Made by a program: the position numbers and the translations under genes. This document shows, in pieces, positions 27,242-37,557 of a DNA stretch of 64,000 nucleotides. The notes below the pieces were generated by a model. It was not told where the DNA came from. It did not search any database and was given only the letters and a program-made list of their open reading frames with translations. Position 1 is the stretch's first letter, and every line of letters begins with the position of its first letter. This DNA is from Longimicrobiales bacterium (GTDB taxonomy: Bacteria; Gemmatimonadota; Gemmatimonadetes; Longimicrobiales; Gaopeijiaceae). The stretch is taken from assembly GCA_965203485.1 (NCBI GenBank), contig OZ241892.1, positions 224,001-288,000 on the forward strand, given 5' to 3'.

Positions 27242-29568
27242 CGGCGCGCCAGACCTTCCTCGTGGCCCGCAAGGAATTGCGGAGCTTCTTCGACCAGCCC
27301 ACCGCCTACGTGCTGGCGGTGGCGTTCCTCGGGCTCAGCCTGTACTTGACGTTCCGCTCTCTCTACGCCATGGAGAGGGCCACGCTGCGGCCCTTCTTCG
27401 ACCTGCTGCCCTGGCTCCTCGTGGTCTTCGTGCCCGCCGCGGCGATGAAGGCTCTCGCGGAGGAGCGGCGCAGCCGGACGCTCGAATGGCTCGTGGCGCA
27501 GCCGCTCACCGAGACCGACATCGTGCTGGGCAAGTTTCTGGGCACGTGGGCGTTCGTGGGGCTGACGCTGGCGGGCACGCTCCCGGCGGCGGCGGGCGTG
27601 CTGGCGGCCTCGGAGGCCGACCCCGGGATCATGGCGGCCCAGTACGCGGGCGCCGCGCTTCTCGCCGCGCAGATGATCGCGATCGGATTGTGGGCCTCGG
27701 CGATGACCGGCAACCAGATCACCGCCTTCATCCTCGGCGCGTTCACGTGCTTCGGCCTCGTGCTGGCCGGGACGCCGGTCGTGCAGATCGGTCTGCCGCA
27801 GCCGGTGGGGGGATGGGTGTCCCAACTGGCGGTCCTCGGCCACTTCGAGAACGTGGCGCGCGGCGTGGTCGATCTGAGGGACCTGCTCTACTTCGCATCG
27901 ACGAGCGGCCTGTTTCTGCTGCTGGCGACGGCGGTGCTCAGCCGCAACCGCCTGAGCCTGCGCGACCCGGCGTACCGGCGGCTCCGCATCGGGGTGGGGG
28001 TGATCGCGGCGACCGTGCTGCTCGCCAACTTGGCCGGCGAACGCGTGCGCGGACGGCTCGACCTGACCCGCGACAACCTCTTCACGCTTTCCGCGGGAAG
28101 CCGCGACATCCTCGGCGGGCTCGACGACATCGTGAACCTGAGCCTCTTCGCGAGCGACGACCTGCCCCAGCAGATCGAGGTCACGATCCGCGACGTGAGG
28201 GACTTGGTGGCGGACATGGCAGACGCGTCCGACGACATGCTCGCAGTGCGCGAACTGAACCCGGACGACGACGAAGACGCCGCCGCCGAAGCCTCCTCGC
28301 TCGGAATCTCCCCGATCGAGTTCAACGTCCTGCGCGAGGACGAACTGCAGGTCAAGCGCGGCTACTTCGGCCTCGCGTTGACGTACGCCGACGAACAGGA
28401 GGTCATCCCCGTCATCGACCGCGTGCACGACCTGGAGTTCCGGCTGGTGTCGGCGGTCGCCCAGATGACCAGCGACGAGATGCCCACGGTGGCCTTCATG
28501 AGCGGCTTCCAGGCCAAGGAGGCGTACCAGTACGGCCAGTTCCGCGAGAGCATCTCCGACCGGTACCGCATCACGTCGATCGACGTCGCCAACGACAGCG
28601 CCGGCGCGCTTCGCCCGGACTCGATCGGCGTGCTCGTGGTCGCGGCTCCGGCGGAGCCCGTGTCGCCAGCGGTTGCGGACGCCGTCGGCGCCTACGTGGA
28701 CGCGGGCGGCAAGGCGTTCTTCCTGATGGAGCGTCACTTGCCCGATCCCCAGAGTCCCATCGCGAGGCCCGTCGTGACCGGCCTCGAGAGCGTCTTGGCG
28801 CGCTACGGCGTGGAGGCGCCGGGCGACATGGTCTTCGACCTCGTCTCTTCGCAGGCGGTGTCGATGCGGCGCGGATTCTTCGATGTCGTGCAGCCCTACC
28901 CGCTGTGGCCGATCGCCATGCGGGGCGACGAGCATGCCACCAACCGCGACCTCGGCAACGTGACCTTCGGCTGGGCGGCGCCGTTCACGTGGGACGACTC
29001 GGTGCGGGCAACCGCCCTGTGGACGACGACGGAAGGCGGAGGCACCAGGCCGGGCGGCGGGATGATCGATCCGTCGATGCAGCTGGCCTCCAGCGAGGAC
29101 GAGCTGGGCGTGCACGTGCTGGCGGTGGCCGTGGAGACGGGGGCGGGCGCGGATGCCGGCGATGCCGGGGATGCCGGGGAAGGCGACGGCGAAGAAGACG
29201 CGGCGGCGGGCGGGCGGATCGTCGCGGTGGGCGACGCCGACTTCCTCGAGGACCGGTTTGCGCAGGCCAGTCCGCAGAACCTGATCTTCGCGGCCAACGC
29301 GATCGACTGGCTGGCCCAGGACGAGTCGTTGATCGCGATCCGGTCGAAGGACCGCACGCCGCCGGCGCTGGTCTTCGAGTCGGAGTTCAGCAAGTCCGCC
29401 CTCAAGTGGGGGATGCTGGCAGGCGTGCCGCTGGTCTTCGTGGCCGTGGGCTTCGCGCGGGTGACGGGCCGGGCGGCGCGGGCCGAGCGGCGATGGACGG
29501 AGGCAGGCGGGGGCGAAGCCGCAAAGGGGAGAGCGGCGGGAGGACCGAAGGGAGGAGATGTCTCGTGA
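27238..29568 (+). CDS. ABC permease GldF fused to a GldG-like domain
   Basis: KELRSFF, EERRSRTLEWL, VLGKFLG, ARGVVDLRDLLYF, then RLDLTRDNLFTLS, YFGLAL, VGDADFL, NAIDWL..IAIRSK. Confidence 0.88.
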   Translation: MTARQTFLVARKELRSFFDQPTAYVLAVAFLGLSLYLTFRSLYAMERATLRPFFDLLPWLLVVFVPAAAMKALAEERRSRTLEWLVAQPLTETDIVLGKFLGTWAFVGLTLAGTLPAAAGVLAASEADPGIMAAQYAGAALLAAQMIAIGLWASAMTGNQITAFILGAFTCFGLVLAGTPVVQIGLPQPVGGWVSQLAVLGHFENVARGVVDLRDLLYFASTSGLFLLLATAVLSRNRLSLRDPAYRRLRIGVGVIAATVLLANLAGERVRGRLDLTRDNLFTLSAGSRDILGGLDDIVNLSLFASDDLPQQIEVTIRDVRDLVADMADASDDMLAVRELNPDDDEDAAAEASSLGISPIEFNVLREDELQVKRGYFGLALTYADEQEVIPVIDRVHDLEFRLVSAVAQMTSDEMPTVAFMSGFQAKEAYQYGQFRESISDRYRITSIDVANDSAGALRPDSIGVLVVAAPAEPVSPAVADAVGAYVDAGGKAFFLMERHLPDPQSPIARPVVTGLESVLARYGVEAPGDMVFDLVSSQAVSMRRGFFDVVQPYPLWPIAMRGDEHATNRDLGNVTFGWAAPFTWDDSVRATALWTTTEGGGTRPGGGMIDPSMQLASSEDELGVHVLAVAVETGAGADAGDAGDAGEGDGEEDAAAGGRIVAVGDADFLEDRFAQASPQNLIFAANAIDWLAQDESLIAIRSKDRTPPALVFESEFSKSALKWGMLAGVPLVFVAVGFARVTGRAARAERRWTEAGGGEAAKGRAAGGPKGGDVS

Positions 29569-30461
29569 CCGAGAAGACGTTGCGCGGATCGCTCTACGCC
29601 CTGGTGGGCGTGGCGGCGCTGTACGTGGTGATCACGCTGAGCGGCGGCCGGGGCGGAGACGGTCCGTCCGGAAGTTCGCGGCTGGCGGAGGCGCTGGAGG
29701 ACATCGATCGCGCGGAGGTCGGGCGCGCCGACGTCGAGGGCCCGAGCGACACCGTCCGCCTGGCTCGCGAAGGCGACGCGTGGGTCGTCAACGGCTTTCC
29801 CGCGGACTCTGCCGCCGTGGAGCGGTTCCTGCGCGCCTTGGACGAGACGTCGGTGAGTTCGGTCGCGTCCACCAACGCCGACAATCACGCGCGCTTGGGC
29901 GTGGACGCCGACAGCGCGTGGACGCTCTCGGTGGACGGCGCGCCGCCGATCCTGCTGGGCAAGTCCGGCGCCCGCTACCGAACCGCGTTTGCGCGCATGC
30001 CCGGCGAGGACGTGGTAAGCCTGCTCTCGGGCGACCTGCGCTCGGCGGCGGCGCGCCCGCTCCTGGACTGGCGCGACAAGACGATCCTGCGCGTGGACAC
30101 GGCCGCGGCGGCCGCCATCCGCATCACCCGGGACGGCGGCCGCACCGACTACGAGCGCGGCGACTCGGCTTGGACCGCGGGCGGCGCGATGGCCGAGGAC
30201 GCCACCATCCGCGGCATCCTGCAGGAACTCGCCCATCTGCGGGCGAGCCGTTTTGCGCCCCCGGACTACGAGATGCCCGCGAGCCCGGAACGGGCCGTTC
30301 AGGTCTTGGACGCGGAGGGCGCCGAGATCGCCTCGCTCTCGTTGGCCGAAGCGGACGGCGACTTCCACGTGGTCACGCCGGCCAGCCCCTACGTGTTCGT
30401 GGTGGCGGCCTTCCGGGCGAACCGGGTCGCGCCCGGGCCGCCGGACGAGGAGGGGAGCTAA
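29565..30461 (+). CDS. DUF4340 domain protein
   Basis: N-terminal TM segment; WVVNGFPAD, ARLGVD, WRDKTIL; typical third gene of Gld-type ABC operons; GTG overlaps the upstream stop. Confidence 0.75.
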   Translation: MTEKTLRGSLYALVGVAALYVVITLSGGRGGDGPSGSSRLAEALEDIDRAEVGRADVEGPSDTVRLAREGDAWVVNGFPADSAAVERFLRALDETSVSSVASTNADNHARLGVDADSAWTLSVDGAPPILLGKSGARYRTAFARMPGEDVVSLLSGDLRSAAARPLLDWRDKTILRVDTAAAAAIRITRDGGRTDYERGDSAWTAGGAMAEDATIRGILQELAHLRASRFAPPDYEMPASPERAVQVLDAEGAEIASLSLAEADGDFHVVTPASPYVFVVAAFRANRVAPGPPDEEGS

Positions 30462-30467
30462 GTCCGC

Positions 30468-32249
30468 GTGGGCCGCCGCCAGGAACGCTACGACGCGGTC
30501 GTAGTCGGGTCGGGGGCGGCGGGCGGCATGACGGCGTTCGTTCTCGCCGTGTCGGGGTTGCGGGTGCTCTTGCTGGAGGCGGGACGCCACTACGACCCCC
30601 TGCGCGAGACGCCCATGTTCCAGTTGCCGCGCGAGGCGCCGTTGCGGGCGGCGGGCACGCGCCACAAGCCGTTCGGCTTCTACGACGCCACCGTGGACGG
30701 CGGCTGGGAGGTGCCGGGCGAGCCGTACTCGGTGGCCGAGGGATCCGAGTTCTTGTGGTGGCGCTCGCGAATGCTGGGCGGGCGCACCAATCACTGGGGC
30801 CGCATCTCGTTGCGCATGGGCGAGTACGACTTCAAGCCGAAGAGCCGGGACGGGCTCGGCTTCGACTGGCCGATGAGCTATGGGGACTTGGCGCCCTACT
30901 ACGACAAGACCGAGGCGCTGATCGGCGTCTACGGCTCGAACGAGGGCCTGGAGAACACGCCCGACTCCTCTCCCGGCGTGCTCCAGCCGCCGCCCAAGCC
31001 GCGCGCCTACGAGTTGCTGACCCGCAAGGCGTGCCGCCGCATGGGGATTCCGGTCGTCCCGGCGCACTTGGCCATCCTCACCGAGATGCAGGACGCGGAC
31101 CGGCTCCCGGCTCGGCTCTTCCCGGGAAATCCGCTGGCCCAGCGCGTGACCGCGGATTCGATGCGCGGCCGCGCCGCCTGCTACTGGGCGACGCCTTGCG
31201 GCCGAGGCTGCTCGATCCGGGCCAACTTCCAGTCCACGACCGTGCTGCTGCCGCCCGCGCTGGCCACGGGGAACCTCGACGTGCGGAGCGGCGCCATGGT
31301 TCGCGAGGTCGCCGTGGACGCGAGCGGGCGAGCCAGCGGCGTCCATTACGTGGACAAGGAGACGTTGCGCGACGAGTTCGCTGGCGCGCGCGTCGTGGTG
31401 TTGGCGGCGAGCGCCTGCGAGTCCGCGCGCATCCTCCTCAATTCCAAGAGCGCCCTCTTTCCGGACGGCTTGGCCAACTCGTCGGGGCTCGTGGGCAAGT
31501 ACGTCATGGACACCGTGGGCGCCGGCGTGCAGGCCCACATTCCGGCGCTGGAGGGACTGCCGCCCCACAACGAGGACGGGGCGTCGGGCATGCACATGTA
31601 CATGCCCTGGTGGCTGTACGGCGAACAACGCGGAGGCGCATTGGATTTCGCTCGGGGATACCACGTGGAGTTCGGCGGAGGCCGCGGGATGCCCGGCTTC
31701 GGCGCGTTCTCCGGCGTCGAGCCGCTGACGGAGGGCAGCTACGGCCGGCAGTTCAAGGACGACTGCCGCCGCTTCTACGGTAGCTTCCTTCACTTCGACG
31801 GACGCGGCGAGATGATTCCCAACGAGGACTGCTACTGCGAGATCGACCCCGAAAAGGTGGACCGCTACGGAATTCCCGTCCTCAAGTTCCACTGGAAGTG
31901 GTCCGAGCACGAGACCAGACAAGCCGCGCACATGCACGGCGCCTTCGCCGAGATCGTCGACGAAATGGGCGGACGGGTGCTGACGCCGTTGCAGACCGAC
32001 GGCGCCAAGGCCATCGCCGCGGGCGGCCAGATCATCCACGAAGTCGGCGGCGCGCGCATGGGCGAGACGTCGAACGATTCGGTGCTCAACCAGTATTGCC
32101 AGTCTTGGGACGTGTCCAACCTGTTCGTGACCGACGGGGCCTGCTTCGTCTCGAACGCCGACAAGAACCCGACCCTTTCGATCCTGGCCATCGCGTGGCG
32201 GGCGGCCGACTACATCGTGGACCAGCTGACGACCCGGAGCATCGGATGA
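30468..32249 (+). CDS. GMC family FAD oxidoreductase
   Basis: VGSGAAGG, RMLGGRTNHWGR, ESARILLNS, HEVGGARMG, NLFVTDG, KNPTLSILA. Confidence 0.93.
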   Translation: MGRRQERYDAVVVGSGAAGGMTAFVLAVSGLRVLLLEAGRHYDPLRETPMFQLPREAPLRAAGTRHKPFGFYDATVDGGWEVPGEPYSVAEGSEFLWWRSRMLGGRTNHWGRISLRMGEYDFKPKSRDGLGFDWPMSYGDLAPYYDKTEALIGVYGSNEGLENTPDSSPGVLQPPPKPRAYELLTRKACRRMGIPVVPAHLAILTEMQDADRLPARLFPGNPLAQRVTADSMRGRAACYWATPCGRGCSIRANFQSTTVLLPPALATGNLDVRSGAMVREVAVDASGRASGVHYVDKETLRDEFAGARVVVLAASACESARILLNSKSALFPDGLANSSGLVGKYVMDTVGAGVQAHIPALEGLPPHNEDGASGMHMYMPWWLYGEQRGGALDFARGYHVEFGGGRGMPGFGAFSGVEPLTEGSYGRQFKDDCRRFYGSFLHFDGRGEMIPNEDCYCEIDPEKVDRYGIPVLKFHWKWSEHETRQAAHMHGAFAEIVDEMGGRVLTPLQTDGAKAIAAGGQIIHEVGGARMGETSNDSVLNQYCQSWDVSNLFVTDGACFVSNADKNPTLSILAIAWRAADYIVDQLTTRSIG

Positions 32250-32998
32250 GCGCCGGCGGGCGAGGGTCGGCGCCGGCGGTGGGGTCGGGCGACGCGCCGG
32301 AGCGGGCATTGGGCGACAGCTCCGCAGGAGGCATGACGCGGCGCACCGCGCTCAAGGTGATGGCGACCACCACGGCGCTGGGCGGAGCTGGCGGTGTTGC
32401 CTGCGCGCCCGAGGCCGAGCCGTCGGCCCACGAGTCGCTATCTGGTTTCCAGCCGCTCCCGCCGCGCAACCCCTTGGCGGCGGGAACCCCCACGGATCCC
32501 GACTTGCTGGCCCCGTCCGTCCCTTGGGAGTTCGTGCTGACCGCCGAAGAGCGCCGCCTCGCCTCGGTCCTGGCCGACGTGATCCTGCCCGGCGACGACC
32601 GTTCCCCGTCGGCCAGCGCCGTCGGCGTGGTGGACTACGTGGACGAGTTCGTCTCCGCGCCCGGCCACGAGGAACTGCTCGCGATGGTGCGTGGCGGCTT
32701 GGTCTGGCTCAACCGGACGGCCCAGGAGCGCTTCGGCGCAGGCTTCGCCGAGATATTGGCCGGCCAGCAACGCGAGATCTGCGACGAAATCTGCTTCGAG
32801 CCCGCCGCTCCGCCGCTTCTGAAGCCCCAGGCGCGTTTCTTCGACCTCTTCCGCGACGTCGTCTCAACCGGCTTCTGGACCACCGACGAGGGCATGCGCG
32901 ACCTCGGCTACGTCGGCAACGTGCCGTTGCCCAGCTTCGACGGCCCGCCCCCCGAAGTGCTGGAGCCGCTGGGACTGTCGGGGGAGGACTTGGAGTAG
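32246..32998 (+). CDS. Gluconate 2-dehydrogenase subunit 3 family protein (Tat-exported)
   Basis: TRRTALK Tat motif; LADVILP..SASAVGV.DY; GFWTT..G..DLGYVGN. Confidence 0.88.
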   Translation: MSAGGRGSAPAVGSGDAPERALGDSSAGGMTRRTALKVMATTTALGGAGGVACAPEAEPSAHESLSGFQPLPPRNPLAAGTPTDPDLLAPSVPWEFVLTAEERRLASVLADVILPGDDRSPSASAVGVVDYVDEFVSAPGHEELLAMVRGGLVWLNRTAQERFGAGFAEILAGQQREICDEICFEPAAPPLLKPQARFFDLFRDVVSTGFWTTDEGMRDLGYVGNVPLPSFDGPPPEVLEPLGLSGEDLE

Positions 32999-33112
32999 GC
33001 CCAGGTGGCACGCCGTTGCCGGCTTGCGAAAGACTTGTTTTAGCTTGGGGCCTTAAAGTTTAATAGCGCGATTCGCCATTCAAGCCGCCTTTACTAAAGG
33101 AGGCTCGGGGCC

Positions 33113-34285
33113 ATGAGCCGAAGGAAGACTGGTCGGTACGAGACCACGGCGGCCGGGGGCGAGCGAGTCCGCGCCTTCGTCCCGGCGCCGTTGCCGCCGA
33201 AGCCCCGTCTGCTCCTCGACGGGCCGCTCCTGAGACGGCTGGAATCGGCAACTCTTGCGCTAGGCCGGTTGGACAGCGTCTCGGCCCTTCTCCCCGACGA
33301 GGCCCTCTTCATCTACTCGTACGTCCGCAAGGAAGCCGTCCTCTCCTCCCAGATCGAAGGCACCCAGTCCTCCCTCTCCGACCTCTTGCTCTTCGAGTCG
33401 GGAGAGACGCCGGGAATCCCACGCGACGACGTCCTTGAAGTTTCCAACTACGTTGCCGCCCTCGACCACGGCCTGCGTCGCCTGAAAGAGGGCTTCCCCT
33501 TGTCCAACCGCTTGATCCGGGAGGCTCACGGCGTCCTTCTGTCCACGGGCGGGCAAGCCCGGGCGACTCCCGGCGAGTTCCGGCGCTCGCAAAACTGGGT
33601 CGGGGGTTCCAGACCGGGAAACGCCGTGTTCGTGCCCCCGCCTCACACCGCGGTGCAGGACTGCATGGCGGACCTGGAGCGCTTCCTTCACGCCGAAGAC
33701 GACGGCCTCCCCACACTGGTCCGGGCGGGGCTTGCCCATGTCCAGTTCGAGACGATCCACCCCTTCCTCGACGGCAACGGGCGCGTGGGGCGCCTCCTCG
33801 TCACCCTCCTGCTGAGCCACGCCGGCGTGCTGCGCCAACCGCTTCTCTACCTGAGCCTCTTCCTGAAGCGGCATCGCCAAGAGTACTACAGACTGCTCGA
33901 CCACGTGCGGCAAACGGGCGACTGGGAGGCGTGGCTCGCGTTCTTCCTGGAAGGAGTCGAGACCACGGCGGAGGGCGCCGTCGAGACGGCCCGGCAACTT
34001 CACGGAATCTTCCGGCGCGACTACGACCGCATCAGCGCCGTCGCGGGGCGTCGAACCGGATCGACCCTGCAAGTGCACGAAGTCCTCAAGGCCAAGTTGG
34101 TCGTGTCGATCAGGGGTGCTGCGAACATCACCGGCCTGACGTTTCCCACGGTCTCTCGGGCGATGCAGCTTCTGGTCGAGCGCGGCATCGCCCGAGAGGT
34201 GACCGGAGCGCCGCGCAATCGTCTGTACGTCTACGGGGAGTACATGGAGGCGCTGAACGAGGGGGTGGACGAGCCGCCGGCGTGA
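33113..34285 (+). CDS. Fic family protein with C-terminal HTH
   Basis: KEAVLSSQIEGT, PGEFRRSQNWVG, canonical HPFLDGNGRVGR. Confidence 0.93.
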   Translation: MSRRKTGRYETTAAGGERVRAFVPAPLPPKPRLLLDGPLLRRLESATLALGRLDSVSALLPDEALFIYSYVRKEAVLSSQIEGTQSSLSDLLLFESGETPGIPRDDVLEVSNYVAALDHGLRRLKEGFPLSNRLIREAHGVLLSTGGQARATPGEFRRSQNWVGGSRPGNAVFVPPPHTAVQDCMADLERFLHAEDDGLPTLVRAGLAHVQFETIHPFLDGNGRVGRLLVTLLLSHAGVLRQPLLYLSLFLKRHRQEYYRLLDHVRQTGDWEAWLAFFLEGVETTAEGAVETARQLHGIFRRDYDRISAVAGRRTGSTLQVHEVLKAKLVVSIRGAANITGLTFPTVSRAMQLLVERGIAREVTGAPRNRLYVYGEYMEALNEGVDEPPA

Positions 34286-34417
34286 GCTGGGTTGCGACTG
34301 TTTGCGGGACGCGGCTGGCGGAGCCGCCCGAAATGGTTGACGGAGTCCCACCATCCCATTAAGTTGAATGCCTTGATCATCGGACACACGGCCCGCCCAA
34401 GGGCACCCGACGCAAGC

Positions 34418-34888
34418 ATGAAGAAAGACATCGAGAGCTACGCGCACCGCGACAAGGAGCGCGCCAACAAACCGCCGGTCGGCCTGGTGACGCCCGCCAC
34501 GGACAAGGACGCCGGCAAGAAGACCTACGCCCACGACCCCCACATCGATCCCGAACTCTCGTGGGCGGGCAAGGCCGAGCACATGTCGTTCGAGGTCCCG
34601 ACCGTCTCGCTCCATGTCCACGAGCGGATCGACCCGCGCACCATCGTGGAAGCGGTCCGCAAGCGCAACGGCGACACGGCTCGCAGAACTCCCTGTTCGA
34701 GGACCCCGCCAAGAACCCCCCGATCCGGCAGGCCATCGACTTCTACCGCCACCGACACAACTGGACCAACCGCCTCGTCGCCGGCGACAGCCTGCTGGTC
34801 ATGAACAGCCTGCTGGAGAAGGAAGGCCTGGGCGGCAAGGTGCAGATGGTGTACATGGACTCGCCCTACGGGATTCGGTACGGGTCCT
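34418..34888 (+). pseudogene. Type III RM Mod methyltransferase, 5' remnant
   Basis: DPHIDPELSWAGK, VPTVSLHVHERIDP, frameshift near 34675, then NWTNRLVAGDSLLVMNSLLEKEGLGGKVQMVYMDSPYGI (DPPY changed to DSPY); truncated. Confidence 0.85.
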
Positions 34889-34889
34889 T

Positions 34890-35197
34890 CTGGTGGATCG
34901 GTTTCGCGACAGTAGCCCGGACGCCCGAGAATCTCGATCTTTCGGCTCCCCGAGCTCCTTTCCCTCGATTGCCGGGCGTTGACGGACGAGCAGATCGACC
35001 GGGCGAACGCCATGTTCGACGAGTTCGTGCAGATCGACCTGCTCCCCGCAAGCCTACCGAGACGACAGGAACTCCACGTCGCCATCCTCTGCGACCTGCT
35101 CGGCATGCTTGAGAGCATCTTGGAGCCGCTTGCGACCGTGCGCCTCGCATGGTGCTCGGAGCCGACAGTGCACGGCGGTGAGAGTACGAGACCATGA
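34890..35197 (+). pseudogene. C-terminal fragment of another gene (possibly a large RM enzyme)
   Basis: LTDEQIDRANAMFDEF...WCSEPTVHGGESTRP*; its stop overlaps the next ATG; family call from recollection only. Confidence 0.35.
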
Positions 35198-36297
35198 GTG
35201 CAGAATCTACCACCGCGGAACAACACATCGAAACGTTGATGAACATGCTGTTGGGCCTGCGCCAGCCGGGGGAGCCACCCGATCACAGAGATGCCAAATT
35301 TTGGATTTGCCTTTCCCTTACCAACTACGCATGGGTTGTTTTTCCCGAAGAATCACACTTCATGTGTGCTTTACATATTCCACAATCCGATGATTTTTCG
35401 ATTTTCTGCTCTGATGAAACTGCCGATGATGCCAAGCAAAGAATCAACAACTTGGTCCCCACCGAAATGCAGAAATGGTACCCATGCAGTAGTCGAGATC
35501 ACGCGGTTGCACTATTGCATTTTTTCGAGCTGACACGATATCACTTGAGATGGGGCGGAGTTCATCGTGGATTATGGAAAAATGCTCCATTTACAGGAAA
35601 GACTACCCCGCCCGGCACCTCTAATAAACTTGGCCTCCGATATGGTCATCCCACCGAAAAGTGGCCAGCAAGTGAAACTATATCGATTTGGGCCGGTGCT
35701 ACGCATGTTTTAGATACAGCAATCAACGATCCAACACTCGCCAACAACACTAATCTTCTAGACAACCCACACGTCAAAGAAAGCATCAGCATGTTTTGTC
35801 GACCACTGATCGGACGGGATCGACCTCAAGGTCTACTGACATATCTGAACACCAGCTTTAGGGAACATCAGCCTCTGCTCGAACTGTGGATGAAAATCAT
35901 CCGCAAAATACGAAACAACTGCATAGCTCATCTCCCAAACAAGAGTTTCGTACTCGACCGATTTGGCATTCAGGAATGTATAGCCACCCGCACCTTGATC
36001 TCACAGGCAAAGGTTGCATGGGAACAAGCGAATGTACCCATCCCGGAACAAGTATATGATATATCCCCGGACGATGTGGTAAATCTGGGTTTTGCTGTAG
36101 CGATAAACACGAAAAGACCGGATCTAACAACAACCCTTGGAGACACATTCCAGGATGCTATTAGCATTCTTAATGTGCGCAAGTGCTTTGAGAATGGAAA
36201 CCACACAGAAATGTACAAGGAGTTGGCGAGACTTGGCGCACGATATGTCTTGAAATACAACCGTCGTGTGGAACATTCTCAAGATGCGGTACGCTAA
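35194..36297 (+). CDS. Hypothetical protein with HEPN-like motif (AbiU2-like)
   Basis: Intact 367-aa AT-rich ORF; IRKIRNNCIAH fits the Rx4-6H HEPN motif. Confidence 0.55.
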   Translation: MSAESTTAEQHIETLMNMLLGLRQPGEPPDHRDAKFWICLSLTNYAWVVFPEESHFMCALHIPQSDDFSIFCSDETADDAKQRINNLVPTEMQKWYPCSSRDHAVALLHFFELTRYHLRWGGVHRGLWKNAPFTGKTTPPGTSNKLGLRYGHPTEKWPASETISIWAGATHVLDTAINDPTLANNTNLLDNPHVKESISMFCRPLIGRDRPQGLLTYLNTSFREHQPLLELWMKIIRKIRNNCIAHLPNKSFVLDRFGIQECIATRTLISQAKVAWEQANVPIPEQVYDISPDDVVNLGFAVAINTKRPDLTTTLGDTFQDAISILNVRKCFENGNHTEMYKELARLGARYVLKYNRRVEHSQDAVR

Positions 36298-36523
36298 ATA
36301 TTGCATGGTGAGAAGCAAGATGCATTCATACGAGCATACCAGCATTACAAACAGGCCGGAGATTCAAATCCAATCCAAAGTGCATTAAAGACGACTACCC
36401 CAGCCCCACGGAGAAGCGGTACATCGGGGTCGAGTCGCGCAGGCGCATGAACATCCGGCCGTAGAGGCTACGCGAGAAGAAGACCTTCGATCCGCACCGT
36501 CGGTGCCGATCCCCATGCTCGTA

Positions 36524-37380
36524 GAACCTATCTCAAAAAGCCGAGATGGTTGAAGAAGATGCAGATGGCGGACAGTTGAACGAACGCCAGGAAGTTCTCG
36601 GGATGATATTCCCAACGGACCAACAGCCGGCGCTTCCACTGCATCCACCCGAAGAACCGCTCGACAATCCATCGTCGCTTCGCCCGCCGACGCCGACGAC
36701 CGTCCTGCGTCCGCGGCCGCGTTCGATTGCGCCGGTGCGGCGCGACCATCTCGATGCCTCGCGCACGCAAGGCCGCGTCCAGCGGGTCGCTGTCGTACGC
36801 CTTGTCGCCGATCAAGTTTGCCGGCGTGTCGTCCGTGAACGCCAAGTCCAGCGACAACTGGACGAGCGTCGCCTCGTGAGGATTCGCAGGATGCGTGCTC
36901 AACGACAGCGGAAGACCGCAACGGTCCACGACCGCCATGATCTTCACGCCCTTGCCCGCCTTGGTGTTTCCCACGCCCGCCCCGCCTCCCTTCGCCCGCG
37001 CGAACGACGCGTCCACGCATGCCTCCGTGCCGTCGAAGAGACCCCGTTGCCTCGCTTCCCCCGCCAAGTCCCTCAGCACCCGTTCGAGCACTCCCGTCCG
37101 GACCCAAGTCTGGACCCTCCGGTGCACGGTCTTGTAGTTCGGATAGTGTTGCGGCAGAAAGCTCCACTGGGCGCCCGTGTGCAGAATCCACAGCACAGCC
37201 TCGAACACGCGCCGGGCGGGCACCGGCGGCCGCCCCAGCCGCTTCCCCTTTTGCGCTTCCTCGGGAAAGTGGTGGCGAATCCGCTCCCACTGCTCGTCGC
37301 TCAGCTTCACCGTCGTCATGCCTCGAAGATGAACAACTCCCCGGCCCATCGCAACCCATCATGCTTTTTGAGATAGGCTC
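36524..37380 (-). mobile_element. IS5-family insertion sequence, apparently intact (857 bp)
   Basis: TIRs GAACCTATCTCAAAAAGC / GCTTTTTGAGATAGGCTC (1 mismatch); TA on both flanks. Confidence 0.9.
36528..37319 (-). CDS. IS5 family transposase
   Basis: [52 protein letters not shown]. Confidence 0.92.
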   Translation of the reverse strand: MTTVKLSDEQWERIRHHFPEEAQKGKRLGRPPVPARRVFEAVLWILHTGAQWSFLPQHYPNYKTVHRRVQTWVRTGVLERVLRDLAGEARQRGLFDGTEACVDASFARAKGGGAGVGNTKAGKGVKIMAVVDRCGLPLSLSTHPANPHEATLVQLSLDLAFTDDTPANLIGDKAYDSDPLDAALRARGIEMVAPHRRNRTRPRTQDGRRRRRAKRRWIVERFFGWMQWKRRLLVRWEYHPENFLAFVQLSAICIFFNHLGFLR

Positions 37381-37557
37381 TAGGCATAGTCCTCGGCGAG
37401 GCCAAGCCACCGGTTCACTGCCGCATCATTCCAGTCCGACATCGCAAACTCCGGGAAGTCGGACCGAAATGACGCTAGCAGCTCATGGTCCTCCATGTGC
37501 TACTTCTTCGGAGGTGGCGTTGGCTCCGGCGTCGACCGTCTTCGCCGCGCTGGAGTC

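Noticed and set aside
29148..29180. 9-bp GATGCCGG(C/G) repeats in gldFG
   Set aside because: Ordinary low-complexity linker (DAGDAGDAG); no evidence of a separate function.
33006..33020. Sigma54 promoter-like TGGCACGCCGTTGC upstream of fic
   Set aside because: GG-to-GC spacing is 9 nt, not the required 10.
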